Positions 20,193-30,609 of a stretch of 64,000 nt of DNA are shown here, piece by piece. Every line of letters starts with the position of its first letter. Positions within the stretch are counted from its first letter, which is position 1. The translations under genes were made by a program, and so were the position numbers. The DNA is from Marine Group II euryarchaeote MED-G35. GTDB lineage: Archaea; Thermoplasmatota; Poseidoniia; Poseidoniales; Thalassarchaeaceae. The stretch covers positions 1,953-65,952 of the forward strand of contig NTJS01000004.1 of the NCBI GenBank assembly GCA_002457155.1, written 5' to 3'. The notes beneath the pieces are model-generated. The model was not told the DNA's origin. It worked only from the letters and a program-made list of their open reading frames with translations, and ran no database searches.

Positions 20193-20327
20193 CTGTGTCT
20201 TCCCAATCAAGCCTATGTTTTCAATACGCTCATACGTTATCCGCCCCAATCCTCTGGGAGGGAATCCGTTCCATTCAAATACCACCTATCTTTCCCACTA
20301 TACAACTAGAGGTTGATTAGTGGTACT
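20193..20327. promoter_or_regulatory. divergent thermosome / Hsp20-like promoter region
   Basis: The TATA-like 'attgaaaacata' (minus strand, 20214-20225) lies 22-33 nt upstream of ths ATG 20192. 'actataca' (20297-20304) lies 24-31 nt upstream of ATG 20328. Confidence 0.35.
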
Positions 20328-20930
20328 ATGACCGGAGAGAATTGGGACGATTTCGACGAAGAAGCCATTGAGGAAATGGTCAGGATGTTCGAACAAATGG
20401 GAATGCCAGTCGACATTAATACTCTGAAATCGATGATTAAGCAAGTAAGAAGCCAATTCGAGGAAATGGGGATTGATCCAGAGAAGGTCTCAATGAGTGA
20501 AGTCAAACTCGGCCTAAACTCAGATCCCGAGGAGTTCATGAAGAACTTCGAATCTATGATTAGCGGTCCTCAGGGACTCGGAGATTTTCTGAAGAAGATG
20601 GGTGTCGATATACACATCAAACCCTCTGTTTCTGAAGTCAGAGTCGATGTGGACGAAAGTCAGCATGAATCGAAAGATGACTCGATTCCAGAGGGGGATG
20701 TTTACGTCAGTGGTGACCAGATGTTTGTGACCATCGACGTATCAAAGTTCGACGACATATCCTCCGAGAATCTTGAGTTGAGTCTTACAGGCGAAGGAGT
20801 GGTTCTACAGATGCTAAGGACTAATCAGATTAGGCCATTCAGAACACTTGTACTCCCAAACGCATCATCAGGAGTAGCCAACTGGGAGATTAACAATGGC
20901 ATCCTAGACATCACATTCGAACTGAAGTAG
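20328..20930 (+). CDS. Hsp20/alpha-crystallin-like small heat-shock protein with long acidic N-terminal region
   Basis: The C-terminal ~85 aa '[38 protein letters not shown]...[29 protein letters not shown]' follow the ACD strand pattern (..A.Y.NGVL.I...K). The gene lies between the thermosome and dnaK. The N-terminal ~115 aa are unassigned. Confidence 0.5.
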   Translation: MTGENWDDFDEEAIEEMVRMFEQMGMPVDINTLKSMIKQVRSQFEEMGIDPEKVSMSEVKLGLNSDPEEFMKNFESMISGPQGLGDFLKKMGVDIHIKPSVSEVRVDVDESQHESKDDSIPEGDVYVSGDQMFVTIDVSKFDDISSENLELSLTGEGVVLQMLRTNQIRPFRTLVLPNASSGVANWEINNGILDITFELK

Positions 20931-20950
20931 TTTGGAATAAAACAGGAGAA

Positions 20951-22834
20951 ATGAAAATGGGATCTGCAGTAATAGGAATTGACCTAGGAACGACAAACAG
21001 TTGCGTAGCGACAATAGAAGGAGGTAAGGCAGTAGTAATACCCAACTCAGAGGGTTCTAGGACCACTCCTAGCGTCGTTGCCTTCACTAAGGAGGGAGAA
21101 CGTCTGGTGGGAGTCACCGCTAAGAGACAGGCGGTTACCAACTCCGAGCGAACCATCATCTCAGTAAAGCGAGAAATGGGCACGGATTGGACAAAGGACA
21201 TAGATGGGGACATCTATTCTCCTCAGGAGATTTCTGCATTTGTTCTTCAGAAGCTTAAGGCCGATGCCGAAGAGTACCTGGGTACAGAGGTTAAGCAAGC
21301 AGTAGTGACTTGCCCCGCATACTTCTCGGATTCCCAGAGGAAGGCAACTAAGGACGCAGGAAGGATTGCCGGACTAGAGGTTCTCAGGATAATCAACGAA
21401 CCAACCGCCGCAGCACTGGCCTATGGTGTTGACAAGGAGGAGGATCAGACTGTCCTCGTTTACGATCTAGGTGGTGGGACATTCGATGTCTCCATACTGG
21501 AGATTTACCAGGTCGACGGACAACCCCAGATTGAGGTCAAAGCAACCAGTGGCGACAACAGGCTCGGTGGTGACGATTTCGATGAGGCTGTGATGGGGTG
21601 GATCGTTTCCGAGTTCAAGAAGTCCACAGGAATAGACCTGGAGAAGGATCTGCAGGCCATGAGCAGGGTCCGTGAAGCAGCAGAGAAGGCTAAGATTGAG
21701 CTTTCTGGAACTCCATCTACTCAGATCAACCTGCCATTCATCACAATGAAGGATGGTCAGCCAGAGCATCTCGACATGTCTCTATCTCGCTCGAAGTTCG
21801 AGAAACTCACATCCAAATTGGTCGAGAGGACGATGTCACCCACTCGCCAGGCTATGAAGGATGCCAGCATAAAGAAGGGAGACGTGGACAAGGTATTGCT
21901 AGTCGGGGGTTCGACCAGAGGTCCAGCAGTACAGCAGGCGATTGAGAAGGAGGTCGGCAAGGCACCTTTCAAGGGAATCAATCCGGATGAGGCAGTTGCA
22001 ATGGGGGCAGCTCTACAGGCTGGAATAATTGTTGGTGACGAGGGCGTTACCGACGTCCTCCTGCTCGACGTAACGCCCCTTACATTGGGGATTGAGACAC
22101 TCGGCGGCGTAACTACGACCATGATCGAGAGGAACACAACAATCCCCTCAAGAAGGTCTGAGACATTCTCCACCGCTGCAGACAACCAGCCAGCTGTAGA
22201 GATTCATGTGTTGCAGGGGGAGAGAGAATTTGCGAAGGACAACATTACCCTCGGCAGATTCCACCTAATGGGCATCCCAGCATCCCCTCGAGGCATCCCC
22301 CAGATCGAGGTGACATTCGATATCGACGCAAACGGAATCGTAAACGTCTCCGCCAAGGATCTGGGAACTGGGACTGAGCAATCGATCAAGATAGAGAGCC
22401 AGACCTCCCTCTCAGAGGATGAGATCAAGCAGAAGATCGAGGATGCCGAGAAGTTCGCCGATGAGGACAAGAGGAGAAAGGCAAAGGTCGAGATGAGGAA
22501 CTCAGCGGATAGCATAGTCTACCAGACTCGGAAGATGATCGAGGAAAACGAGGAAAAGCTCTCCGAGGATGACACCAAGCCAGTTCTTGAGAAGTTGGAT
22601 GAACTAGAGTCCCTGATCGTCAAGGACGAGACCCCCATCCCATTGGAGGACATCGATGAGGCTGCGATACAGGCAAAGATGTCGGAACTGGAGCAATCAA
22701 TGCATGCCATCTCGACAAAACTCTACGAAGCAGCCGCAGCTGAGATGGCAGAGGAGAAGGAAGAGGGCGATGACGATGGAGTAGTGGACGCCGACTTCGA
22801 GGTCGTCGACTCCGATGACGAGGACCAAGACTGA
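20951..22834 (+). CDS. dnaK: molecular chaperone DnaK (Hsp70)
   Basis: '[13 protein letters not shown]', 'VITVPAYF'-type '[13 protein letters not shown]', '[10 protein letters not shown]' and '[13 protein letters not shown]' are present, plus an acidic C-terminus. An AGGAG lies upstream of the ATG. Confidence 0.97.
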   Translation: MKMGSAVIGIDLGTTNSCVATIEGGKAVVIPNSEGSRTTPSVVAFTKEGERLVGVTAKRQAVTNSERTIISVKREMGTDWTKDIDGDIYSPQEISAFVLQKLKADAEEYLGTEVKQAVVTCPAYFSDSQRKATKDAGRIAGLEVLRIINEPTAAALAYGVDKEEDQTVLVYDLGGGTFDVSILEIYQVDGQPQIEVKATSGDNRLGGDDFDEAVMGWIVSEFKKSTGIDLEKDLQAMSRVREAAEKAKIELSGTPSTQINLPFITMKDGQPEHLDMSLSRSKFEKLTSKLVERTMSPTRQAMKDASIKKGDVDKVLLVGGSTRGPAVQQAIEKEVGKAPFKGINPDEAVAMGAALQAGIIVGDEGVTDVLLLDVTPLTLGIETLGGVTTTMIERNTTIPSRRSETFSTAADNQPAVEIHVLQGEREFAKDNITLGRFHLMGIPASPRGIPQIEVTFDIDANGIVNVSAKDLGTGTEQSIKIESQTSLSEDEIKQKIEDAEKFADEDKRRKAKVEMRNSADSIVYQTRKMIEENEEKLSEDDTKPVLEKLDELESLIVKDETPIPLEDIDEAAIQAKMSELEQSMHAISTKLYEAAAAEMAEEKEEGDDDGVVDADFEVVDSDDEDQD

Positions 22835-24358
22835 TCACTCTTCAGTGATAAGCCTGTGAAGAGTCCTAACATGGACCCCTGAGGTTCCGTATTGGAAGAG
22901 GGGGTTGGTCCCCTCGGAGCGAGCCTTGGCACCCGGTCCCCACGCAGTCCCTGCAATGTCCAAGTGCACCCAGGGGATCTTCTCCGACTCTTCGTCGAAC
23001 CCTCTGTGGGGGACGAAGAACTCCAAGAATGAGGCAGCCGAGTTCGAAGACCCGGCTCTACCCCCTATCGATCCATTTCTGATATCCGCAAAGGCAGAAT
23101 CGGTCATGTACTTCCGGAACTGCGCGTTCAGCGGCATCCTCCAGACAGGCTCACCACTTCTCCTTGCGGCCGCCTTGAGCCTCTTGGCAATCCCCTCCTC
23201 ATTTGCCCACATCCCAGATATCTGATTCCCAAGGGCAGTAACCACTGCTCCCGTCAGCGTTGCTAAGTCCACGATGTACTCCGGATCCATCTCGCCAGCC
23301 TTCCATAGCCCATCGGAAAGCACGTTCCTCCCCTCGGCATCAGTGCTGAACACCTCTACCGTCTTCCCAGAGTACGTCTTGAACACGTCCCCTGGCCTAT
23401 ACGCCCCAGAACCAGGCATGTTCTCGGCAAGACAGGCGATCCCATTCACCCTCCTCTCAAAGCCAGTCGAGTGTAGGGAATCCATCAGGCCGAAGACCGT
23501 CGCAGCCCCGCACATGTCGTACTTCATGTCCCACATGCCTCTGGTCGGCTTGATTGAGATCCCCCCAGTATCGAAGGTAATGCCCTTGCCCACAATGCAA
23601 GGCCTCTGCTCGCCTTCATCGGCATCCGGATTCAAGGTGAAGAGAACCATGCATGGCTTCCTGTCACTTCCCTTCCCGACGTTAATCAGGCCCCCCATCC
23701 CAAGCTCCTGCAACTTATCCCAATCATAGACTTCTACTGTGACATTATCCTTGTCCGCAGCCCATTCTTCCGCCCTTCGAGCATACTCCATGGGGTACAG
23801 AACGTTGGCAGGCTCATTGCCCAGATCACGTGCCAGGTGAACGCCTCCGACTACTGAGTGAATTAGGTGGAGCCTCTCAGCCAGCATCTCCTGATGCCTA
23901 GGACTGGCCTGGAACTCAACTGACCATGGATCCGATATGTACTCATCATCGATTTCTTGATGCTCGAGGAACTCGTAATCCCTCAGCATCATGCCCTCTG
24001 CGAAGTCAAGCATGCGTTCCCCTGTCCAACCTGAAGTGAACCTGACGCATACTGAGAGCCCCTTCTTCTTGGAAAGGGAACTCATCACTCTGGCTCCTGT
24101 GTTTCGAGCTAGACGATGACCCAAGGAATCCTTCTCGCCCATGCCGATGAGCATTACTCTGCAACCAGGAGTCCAAACGACCATCCTCTGCCCCTTCTTT
24201 CCCTCGAACTCATCGGATGAGATCGCTTCCTTGACCAGATTTCTCTGGCTCCTTCCGAGTCCCGAAAGTGCGTTGTTTGGGGCACGGCCGACTCCCTCGA
24301 AAAGCGGTATCAGTAGTTGTTCGCAGGCTTCATCAAATTCGCTATTGGACCAATTCAT
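22835..24358 (-). CDS. pepA: M17 leucyl aminopeptidase
   Basis: 'VGKGITFDTGGISIKP' and 'STDAEGRNVL' (NTDAEGR motif) are present. Internal ATG 24358 is preferred because 24359-24456 is AT-rich and promoter-like. Confidence 0.9.
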   Translation of the reverse strand: MNWSNSEFDEACEQLLIPLFEGVGRAPNNALSGLGRSQRNLVKEAISSDEFEGKKGQRMVVWTPGCRVMLIGMGEKDSLGHRLARNTGARVMSSLSKKKGLSVCVRFTSGWTGERMLDFAEGMMLRDYEFLEHQEIDDEYISDPWSVEFQASPRHQEMLAERLHLIHSVVGGVHLARDLGNEPANVLYPMEYARRAEEWAADKDNVTVEVYDWDKLQELGMGGLINVGKGSDRKPCMVLFTLNPDADEGEQRPCIVGKGITFDTGGISIKPTRGMWDMKYDMCGAATVFGLMDSLHSTGFERRVNGIACLAENMPGSGAYRPGDVFKTYSGKTVEVFSTDAEGRNVLSDGLWKAGEMDPEYIVDLATLTGAVVTALGNQISGMWANEEGIAKRLKAAARRSGEPVWRMPLNAQFRKYMTDSAFADIRNGSIGGRAGSSNSAASFLEFFVPHRGFDEESEKIPWVHLDIAGTAWGPGAKARSEGTNPLFQYGTSGVHVRTLHRLITEE

Positions 24359-24456
24359 CTTATCGTCGAAGTCTGCGATTTGGTAGTAATATACAAAGAA
24401 TTGCTTTGGAAATTCATACTTTAGAGTCCGAATTAGCATTATGAACCAATAAAATA
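24359..24456 (-). promoter_or_regulatory. pepA promoter and likely carboxypeptidase terminator
   Basis: This is the most AT-rich intergenic stretch nearby. On the minus strand, 'tttgtatatta' (24387-24397) lies 29-39 nt upstream of ATG 24358. The T-tract 'tattttatt' directly follows the carboxypeptidase stop at 24457. Confidence 0.35.
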
Positions 24457-25965
24457 CTATTCAAATCTACTATTTCTTCCATTAATCGCAGCTAGAGCGA
24501 AGGCGACGAAAACAAGCAGTATCGAAGGGGCCGGAAGAAGGCCCTGTAGTACGCCTTCATTACTTTCCACGACGCTCTGATTGACAGATCCGAAGACCCA
24601 CATGGAGGAATCCACCACTCTCTTCTGGTAGTAGAGGGCCCAAACTCCATCACCGCTGGAAACCGGAGCGTTACCGAAATCGAGGGTTGTGAAGGTGCTA
24701 TTTGAGGCATTGACTGCAAAGCCGTAACCCGGGGCGGAGAAGTTGAAGTCCGAATCCACCAATTGCTGCCAATCCCTCATTTCAGCGTCCCATGCCAGTT
24801 CGGTTGGCCCGTCTGATCCAGGAAACCAAATCTCCACGAAGTCCCCCTTGTCTACGAAGTATGTAAGCGTCGCATTCGATGTACTCGCGTGTCCTAGGTT
24901 GGATACGCCTAGATTCGCTTTCCCATCTTCCACCACCAGGGAATCGACAACAAGACGAGCCCTCCAGTACCAGACATTCTGAATGAGATAGCGCATCACA
25001 TCGAGTTCCTCGCCCAATCTGTCCGAGAGTGCCTCTACCGTCCCCAGCAGGAATTGCTCGTCATCGGTCTCGAAGGTGAATGTGGGGTACCCCATGACCC
25101 CGTAGCCGTAGTCTCGGCTGGTTCCACAGTTCGGGTAGAGGCCCTGGTTCGCATTCTGAATCGGGATGTCGGATATGTTGGCATGCACATCATCTCTGAT
25201 GAAGTGGAACATCTCCCAGTCCGAGGGCTGCTCTGGCCACTTGCCCCAGGGGTAGAGCATGATCCAGACTCCTGTGTGCATGGTGATGTACAGGTCGGCA
25301 TGAGGCACGACCTCGTTCATGTAGATCGAGTTCGCAAGAGTCTCGGATTCGCTGAATGCGGCACTCCCGGGTTGGGTCGAATCGCAGGTGTTCCAGTAGT
25401 GTTTGTAGTTTCTATTCAGGTCCACTTGGTTGATGTTCCATCTTGTGTCGAGGTCATTGCCGTCTGCATTCAGCATGATTAGGATGTGCAACTCAGTGTT
25501 CGCCAATACCTCTAGTACCTCTTGATCCTCATTTGCCCAGCCCTCGATGTAGTGCTCTGCAACCAGGAAGGCGAGCTCCGTTCCCAGATGCTCATTGCCA
25601 TGGTGGCCACCATCGATGTACACCACTTCTTTGCGTTCCCCACTCCACTTGTAGTGTTCGCACCCATCTTCGAATAAAGCCCCCCTCGAAACAGGCTGGG
25701 GAACGAGAGTGCAAGCACCACCACTCCAATCAGAGATTTGCAGCATCCAGAGGTTTCTGCCCATCTCCGTTTGCCCCACCACGGACAAATTGACGATTTC
25801 TGGATAGTCATCGGCCCATGCGTTAACATCCAATGTCAGTGTTGCATAGGAATGGTACCAGTGCTCCTGAATAATGTCCGGCTGACCAATCTGACCAGAG
25901 GCCATAGGCGATGCCGATGCCACCATCAGCGAGGCGAGGACCATTACTGTCAGTGAGCGGCGCAT
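24457..25965 (-). CDS. secreted M14 zinc carboxypeptidase with C-terminal TM anchor
   Basis: The signal peptide is 'MRRSLTVMVLASLMVASASPMASG'. The zinc motif is 'GGHHGNEHLG' (HxxE), and the third ligand region is 'ITMHTG'. The C-terminus is 'ILLVFVAFALAAINGRNSRFE'. Confidence 0.85.
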   Translation of the reverse strand: MRRSLTVMVLASLMVASASPMASGQIGQPDIIQEHWYHSYATLTLDVNAWADDYPEIVNLSVVGQTEMGRNLWMLQISDWSGGACTLVPQPVSRGALFEDGCEHYKWSGERKEVVYIDGGHHGNEHLGTELAFLVAEHYIEGWANEDQEVLEVLANTELHILIMLNADGNDLDTRWNINQVDLNRNYKHYWNTCDSTQPGSAAFSESETLANSIYMNEVVPHADLYITMHTGVWIMLYPWGKWPEQPSDWEMFHFIRDDVHANISDIPIQNANQGLYPNCGTSRDYGYGVMGYPTFTFETDDEQFLLGTVEALSDRLGEELDVMRYLIQNVWYWRARLVVDSLVVEDGKANLGVSNLGHASTSNATLTYFVDKGDFVEIWFPGSDGPTELAWDAEMRDWQQLVDSDFNFSAPGYGFAVNASNSTFTTLDFGNAPVSSGDGVWALYYQKRVVDSSMWVFGSVNQSVVESNEGVLQGLLPAPSILLVFVAFALAAINGRNSRFE

Positions 25966-25997
25966 AGCGCCGCTGTTGGGGGATTATGATACAACCC

Positions 25998-26930
25998 TTA
26001 TCCCTCGTTGCTCGAAAACTCAGCGATATGGCAGGCAACCACCTTGGTCGCGATAAGCGCCGCACTGAACTGTGTCAGCGAACCCTCTGTGCCCGGAACG
26101 ATTTCATTGACGTCCGCGCCGATCACCTCGCATCTCTCAGAAGAGAACAGACTCTCAATCACCTCAACTGCGCCCCAGTGACTCAATCCCCCCGGAACTG
26201 GGGTCCCCGTCGATGGAACCAAGGAACCGTCGAGGCCATCCACGTCGAAGGTCAGCCACACCGGTCCTGAGATTTCTGCAAGACTTCCAATCATCCTACT
26301 CCACTCCAGATTGCCGTCTGAGACAGAAAGCAGGTCTCTTGCAAGCCACGTCTGAATCCTATCTTCGGATTCCATCAACTCTTCCTCCTCCAGGCTGAAG
26401 GCCCTGACTCCGATCTGGATCACCCTCCCCACTCCAAGATCGAGAGCCCTGCGAATGACGGTTCCATGTGAGAATCTCTCACCATTCAACTGGTCTCTCA
26501 GGTCCGCATGAGCATCTATCTGGACTATTGTTAGGTCAGAGAGATCAGAAATCATATGGTGATCCGATAGTGATTCCACGATAGGGAGAAGAATCCCATG
26601 TTCCCCACCAAGAACCAAGGGGAATTGGCCGCCAGCTATCCATGGTCTGACGTACTCCCTGATTGAGTCCAACTGATCCCTCAAGCTCGGCGCGTCTGAT
26701 GCCCAAGGTTCAGCAGTGTGGATCTCTGCCCCGCAAGGCAGTTCCCCTGTGAGAATCGGGTCATGCAGCTCTACTTGCGAACTAGCGGCGATACACGCCA
26801 AGGGGCCATGCCGAGTCCCTTCCCCGTAACTGGAAGTCATTTCTAGAGGAATTTGCAAAACGACGATGTCCCACGGTCCAGAGTCAGATTCCCTTAGGCC
26901 GAGGAAAGTGGTGGAACCGGACTCTTCCAT
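25998..26930 (-). CDS. speB: ureohydrolase family protein (agmatinase/arginase-like)
   Basis: The Mn-binding motifs occur in order: 'LGGEHGI', 'VQIDAHADL' and 'LTFDVDGLDGS'. Confidence 0.85.
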   Translation of the reverse strand: MEESGSTTFLGLRESDSGPWDIVVLQIPLEMTSSYGEGTRHGPLACIAASSQVELHDPILTGELPCGAEIHTAEPWASDAPSLRDQLDSIREYVRPWIAGGQFPLVLGGEHGILLPIVESLSDHHMISDLSDLTIVQIDAHADLRDQLNGERFSHGTVIRRALDLGVGRVIQIGVRAFSLEEEELMESEDRIQTWLARDLLSVSDGNLEWSRMIGSLAEISGPVWLTFDVDGLDGSLVPSTGTPVPGGLSHWGAVEVIESLFSSERCEVIGADVNEIVPGTEGSLTQFSAALIATKVVACHIAEFSSNEG

Positions 26931-27045
26931 GGGTCTTCGAGAAGCGCGTCAAGATTAATCGCTTCGGGACTCTCAGACTATGGAATCAGAGCAATTAGCA
27001 AGATGTTTGAAATAACCTCGGCACCTAACGTAGCCCGGTGGGAAG
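26931..27045. promoter_or_regulatory. divergent speB / hypothetical-gene promoter region
   Basis: 'gattaatc' (26953-26960) lies 23-30 nt from speB start 26930. 'tttgaaataa' (27006-27015) lies 31-40 nt upstream of ATG 27046, with a GGTGG between them. Confidence 0.3.
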
Positions 27046-27459
27046 ATGGGACTGACCTTGGCACAACTGACTCAGGCAATCAAGAGCAAGGTCGATACCA
27101 GCATGGAGACCCATGTCGCAGAGTCCATCGCTGAGCACGCGTTGGGATTCTTCGGATTCTCAAACAGGATTATCGACAATGCACTAGAACCAACGGATAG
27201 GAACATGTTCTACCAATTGCAGGACTATGACTTGCTTACAACCGAATCCGAGGAGACTACCCTTTGGGATGGACGCGAGTGGAGGATTCACTACTGGAAG
27301 TTCAAACCGAACGCGGAGAACTTCGCAAATTTGACTCTTCAAAATGAGAAGGACAAGGGCGATGAAGACCCCTATGCCCACATCTACGATGGTATGCCTG
27401 CTGGCCTATGGAGGGAGAGGTCCGGGGTCGACGACGACTACGAGGAACCCCTGTTCTAG
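27046..27459 (+). CDS. hypothetical acidic cytoplasmic protein
   Basis: This is a clean 137-aa ORF with an ATG start, a GGTGG upstream and an AT-rich box about 35 nt upstream. I recognise no family. Confidence 0.45.
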   Translation: MGLTLAQLTQAIKSKVDTSMETHVAESIAEHALGFFGFSNRIIDNALEPTDRNMFYQLQDYDLLTTESEETTLWDGREWRIHYWKFKPNAENFANLTLQNEKDKGDEDPYAHIYDGMPAGLWRERSGVDDDYEEPLF

Positions 27460-27516
27460 TTTTTCCAGTCAGCATGTCGGGAATTGTTTGAAATGCCTCA
27501 GTGGGTGGAGTCGCAC

Positions 27517-30500
27517 ATGAATAGGGGATTGGCCGCCTTAGTGGTCCTGTCCATGCTCGCCTCATACATCCCCTCATCATTTGCCTCGACTCAAGATAGC
27601 CAGACAAACAGCTGCGAGATTATTGCAGATTGGGGGCAGCAGTGGCACTGGACGGAAGAAGGCGAATCGGAGATATCACTGATACACAGGTATAGGGTGG
27701 TTTTCGATCCACCATTCACCAACGGCTCTTCACCCACAGAAGTCAATGCCACAATCAATCACTTCAGAGGTGATTCGGAGATTCCAGTAGCAAACACCTC
27801 CGTCCTTGTGGCTGGAGGAGAAATAGACATAATCCTAGAAGAAGAACCACAATTCGCAGACTCCCTTTCGATTCACGTACAAACCGCTGATTCTTCTTGC
27901 AGCCGGGTTCTAAATATCACAAATTGGAACCAACCAATATCCGATCACGAGGTCACTAGGGAGACCCATTGGTCACTATCAGGAATGGAGGGGGAAGAAC
28001 AAGGCATTACCTTTGACGGAAGAGGATGGCAAAAGAGAACAGGAAGCATCCTCGAGTCAAACGAACTCGGGAACGGGACCCTGCAACTCGACATGTCAAA
28101 TGGCTCTGAAGGAGCAGCGATTGATCTCGTGCTGGACAGGATTTGGCTCAACGAGTCATATGATGGGACCGAATTGATGAGTCAGGATTTCGAGATGATT
28201 GGATCGGGGGGGCTCGTAATCAACACAGATGAAGACGGTGCGGGGGCCTCCATCAGCGCAGATGTAAACGATGCCTATGTCCTCAGGTCGTATCAAGATG
28301 GCAAAGTCACCGAGAGGATGATGTTCCAGGGGAGTGGGTGGATTTCTATCAACGGAGGTGACAACGAGAGCTCAGGCGGGGTTTACGGTGAGGTCTTCTT
28401 GCTATACTTTGAGACATGGGATGAGGATGGATTCCGAAGATTGCAGGATATCCAGGTCGAGGCAAATGCTTCGGCCAGAATTTCCTCCGCGGGGGGCCCC
28501 TTCTCTTTCGAATTGGATGAACTAATTTTCCGAGAGAAGTGGGAAGAAGGCGTTAGGACGGACCAGTACTCGAGGATATTCGGAAGCGGACAGTTTGATT
28601 TTATCGCATCCGAGGATTCCCCATACATCGAAGTCAATGGAACAGTACCACTGATCCACTTCCAATCTGAGGGCGGAGAAACTGTATCAGACACACTCAT
28701 CGTGGATGGTACGTATGATGGCGATGCAGAGGGATCCTTCGGTTTAGTGCGCCAGATAGTTGAATCAGGAGTCTACGAGAATGCAACCGGCACTCCTTTC
28801 GAGGCCGACAAAATAAGGAACGAGTTCTGGTTCAATGTATCTGCTACCCCTTTCGGACCAATTGATCAGGAGTTCGAGGCTGAGCACAACCTCACTTACG
28901 AGTATGTAGTCCCCCAGGATGACTGGATAAACCGTACAATTCGCTACACATTCGTAGAAGACAACGGCTCCACCGAGGACGAATACCCGGAAAACTCCCC
29001 GATAATCCAGAATCCCGAAGCACCGGAGGCTAGCTCTATTTTCTCCACCCACATCTCCAGGGAGACTGGGGTATGCCCCCAGATACTGGCTATCGGTGAC
29101 TCTTTCACTCTGGTTGGAAATGAAGAGATGGTCCTAGACGTTACCGTTCACGGGAGTAGCATCGATTCAATCGATGGTCACCTCGTGTCGATCGCAGAGT
29201 GGGAGGGTTCCTTCGGAGACATGAGTTCGGCAAATGGGAGCATCATCAACGAAGGGCCTCTATCAGGACTCCTGAACGAAGTTAGTAGGCTAGTCAGAAT
29301 AGAACTAGGGGAAGGCACAGAAGTTTCCCTAATCGAGAACCAGAGAATGGATAGGATACTTTCTCCATCGATTGTAACATTCGATGAGAACACGCCACCG
29401 TCATTATCTGATGACCCTGGTTCATCGATAAGGTTCCGGGAGTCCTCCCTATCGACTGAGGGTGGCGTGGCGCATCTGGAGGTTGTAGTGAATGACGTTG
29501 ACACGGACACCAAATCAGTCAGCGTAGACCTCTCCTCGCTCGGCCTCGGAATTGTCGAACTTTCCGACTCCGGCTTGCAGGGGGATCAGGTGATTCACGA
29601 TGATGTCTGGACAGTCAGAATTGTCCACAACGGACTCCAGAGTGGTGACCTCCCTGTCTCTGTGGTGATGGAGGACTACTGGGTATCAGTCCAGCAGAAC
29701 TCCAGTATCCAGATTGCAAACGCTCCCCCCCGAGTCCTACATGCCGACTTCGCCCCTGAGAGTACATTCAGGGGAGAGTCGATCGAAGTAACAATCGGAG
29801 CATACGATGGCCATGGAGTAAAGTCAGTAGCGGTTAACTTGCAGTCGATTGGGGGTGGCTTAGTACAATTGAGCAATTCCGGTCAAGAGGACTGGGATTG
29901 GCAACTTGCAGGCGAGCAACGGACTTCTACCATCGACATTTGGTCGGGCATTTTCGAAGTCCCTACCAGTATGTCTCCAGGGAGGCAAAACATCCCTATT
30001 CTACTAGAAGATAATGCCGGCGCATCGATCTCGACGATACAAATTGGCAGCGTTTACTCAAGCACCATAGGCCATCAGGCTGAGAAGGTCCTAATCGGCA
30101 ACCAACCCCCTTCGATATCCAATCTAACTTTCCTCAAGGATGGCAATCAGGTAGAACAAGTCACTTCCCTGGTTTCTGGCGGACAGGAAAATTACACAAT
30201 GGAAGTCTCGATTCATGATTACGATGGGATCTCTTCGGCCCAAGCTAAGATTGGCCGTTTGGCTCCAATCGGCCAGTCAGAAGAATGGCTGCTATTGGTT
30301 GATGATGGAACTGGGGCTGACAGAGTCCCCCAAGATGGGATTTTCTCCCTCTCTTTCTCCGCTAGATCATCATTGAGCGGGGGCGAGATGTCCTTATTGA
30401 TCAGAGCAACGGATGTATTCCTGTCCACTACCCCCCCTTCCGAACAATTGCACAATGTATCGATAGTTAAGTCGGATTCGGGCTCACAGGGGGCATCATG

Positions 30501-30606
30501 GCTCTCGGACCACTCAACGGAGTTAGTCTTAGCATCCATGTTCCTGCTATTGTCAATAGGGGTCGTTGCTTTCGTGCAAATTGTCAGGAATTCTGAACTC
30601 GAATAG
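27517..30606 (+). CDS. large secreted surface protein with three Ig-like C-terminal modules and TM anchor
   Basis: The signal 'MNRGLAALVVLSMLASYIPSSFAST' begins at internal ATG 27517 (the track start TTG is at 27484). Three related modules are visible ('VNDVDTDTKSVSVDLSSLGLGIVELSDSG..DDVWTV', 'GAYDGHGVKSVAVNLQSIGGGLVQLSNSG..DIWSGIF', 'IHDYDGISSAQAKIG...LVDDGTGADRVPQDGIFSLSF'). The C-terminus is 'LVLASMFLLLSIGVVAFVQIVRNSELE'. Confidence 0.75.
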   Translation: MNRGLAALVVLSMLASYIPSSFASTQDSQTNSCEIIADWGQQWHWTEEGESEISLIHRYRVVFDPPFTNGSSPTEVNATINHFRGDSEIPVANTSVLVAGGEIDIILEEEPQFADSLSIHVQTADSSCSRVLNITNWNQPISDHEVTRETHWSLSGMEGEEQGITFDGRGWQKRTGSILESNELGNGTLQLDMSNGSEGAAIDLVLDRIWLNESYDGTELMSQDFEMIGSGGLVINTDEDGAGASISADVNDAYVLRSYQDGKVTERMMFQGSGWISINGGDNESSGGVYGEVFLLYFETWDEDGFRRLQDIQVEANASARISSAGGPFSFELDELIFREKWEEGVRTDQYSRIFGSGQFDFIASEDSPYIEVNGTVPLIHFQSEGGETVSDTLIVDGTYDGDAEGSFGLVRQIVESGVYENATGTPFEADKIRNEFWFNVSATPFGPIDQEFEAEHNLTYEYVVPQDDWINRTIRYTFVEDNGSTEDEYPENSPIIQNPEAPEASSIFSTHISRETGVCPQILAIGDSFTLVGNEEMVLDVTVHGSSIDSIDGHLVSIAEWEGSFGDMSSANGSIINEGPLSGLLNEVSRLVRIELGEGTEVSLIENQRMDRILSPSIVTFDENTPPSLSDDPGSSIRFRESSLSTEGGVAHLEVVVNDVDTDTKSVSVDLSSLGLGIVELSDSGLQGDQVIHDDVWTVRIVHNGLQSGDLPVSVVMEDYWVSVQQNSSIQIANAPPRVLHADFAPESTFRGESIEVTIGAYDGHGVKSVAVNLQSIGGGLVQLSNSGQEDWDWQLAGEQRTSTIDIWSGIFEVPTSMSPGRQNIPILLEDNAGASISTIQIGSVYSSTIGHQAEKVLIGNQPPSISNLTFLKDGNQVEQVTSLVSGGQENYTMEVSIHDYDGISSAQAKIGRLAPIGQSEEWLLLVDDGTGADRVPQDGIFSLSFSARSSLSGGEMSLLIRATDVFLSTTPPSEQLHNVSIVKSDSGSQGASWLSDHSTELVLASMFLLLSIGVVAFVQIVRNSELE

Positions 30607-30609
30607 TAT

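Noticed and set aside
15878-22834. Inteins in pyrG, thermosome or dnaK (and likewise in thrS, ABCE1 and the helicase)
   Set aside because: All have family-typical lengths and uninterrupted motif spacing. No Cys/Ser...HN-Cys/Ser/Thr splice-junction blocks are visible.
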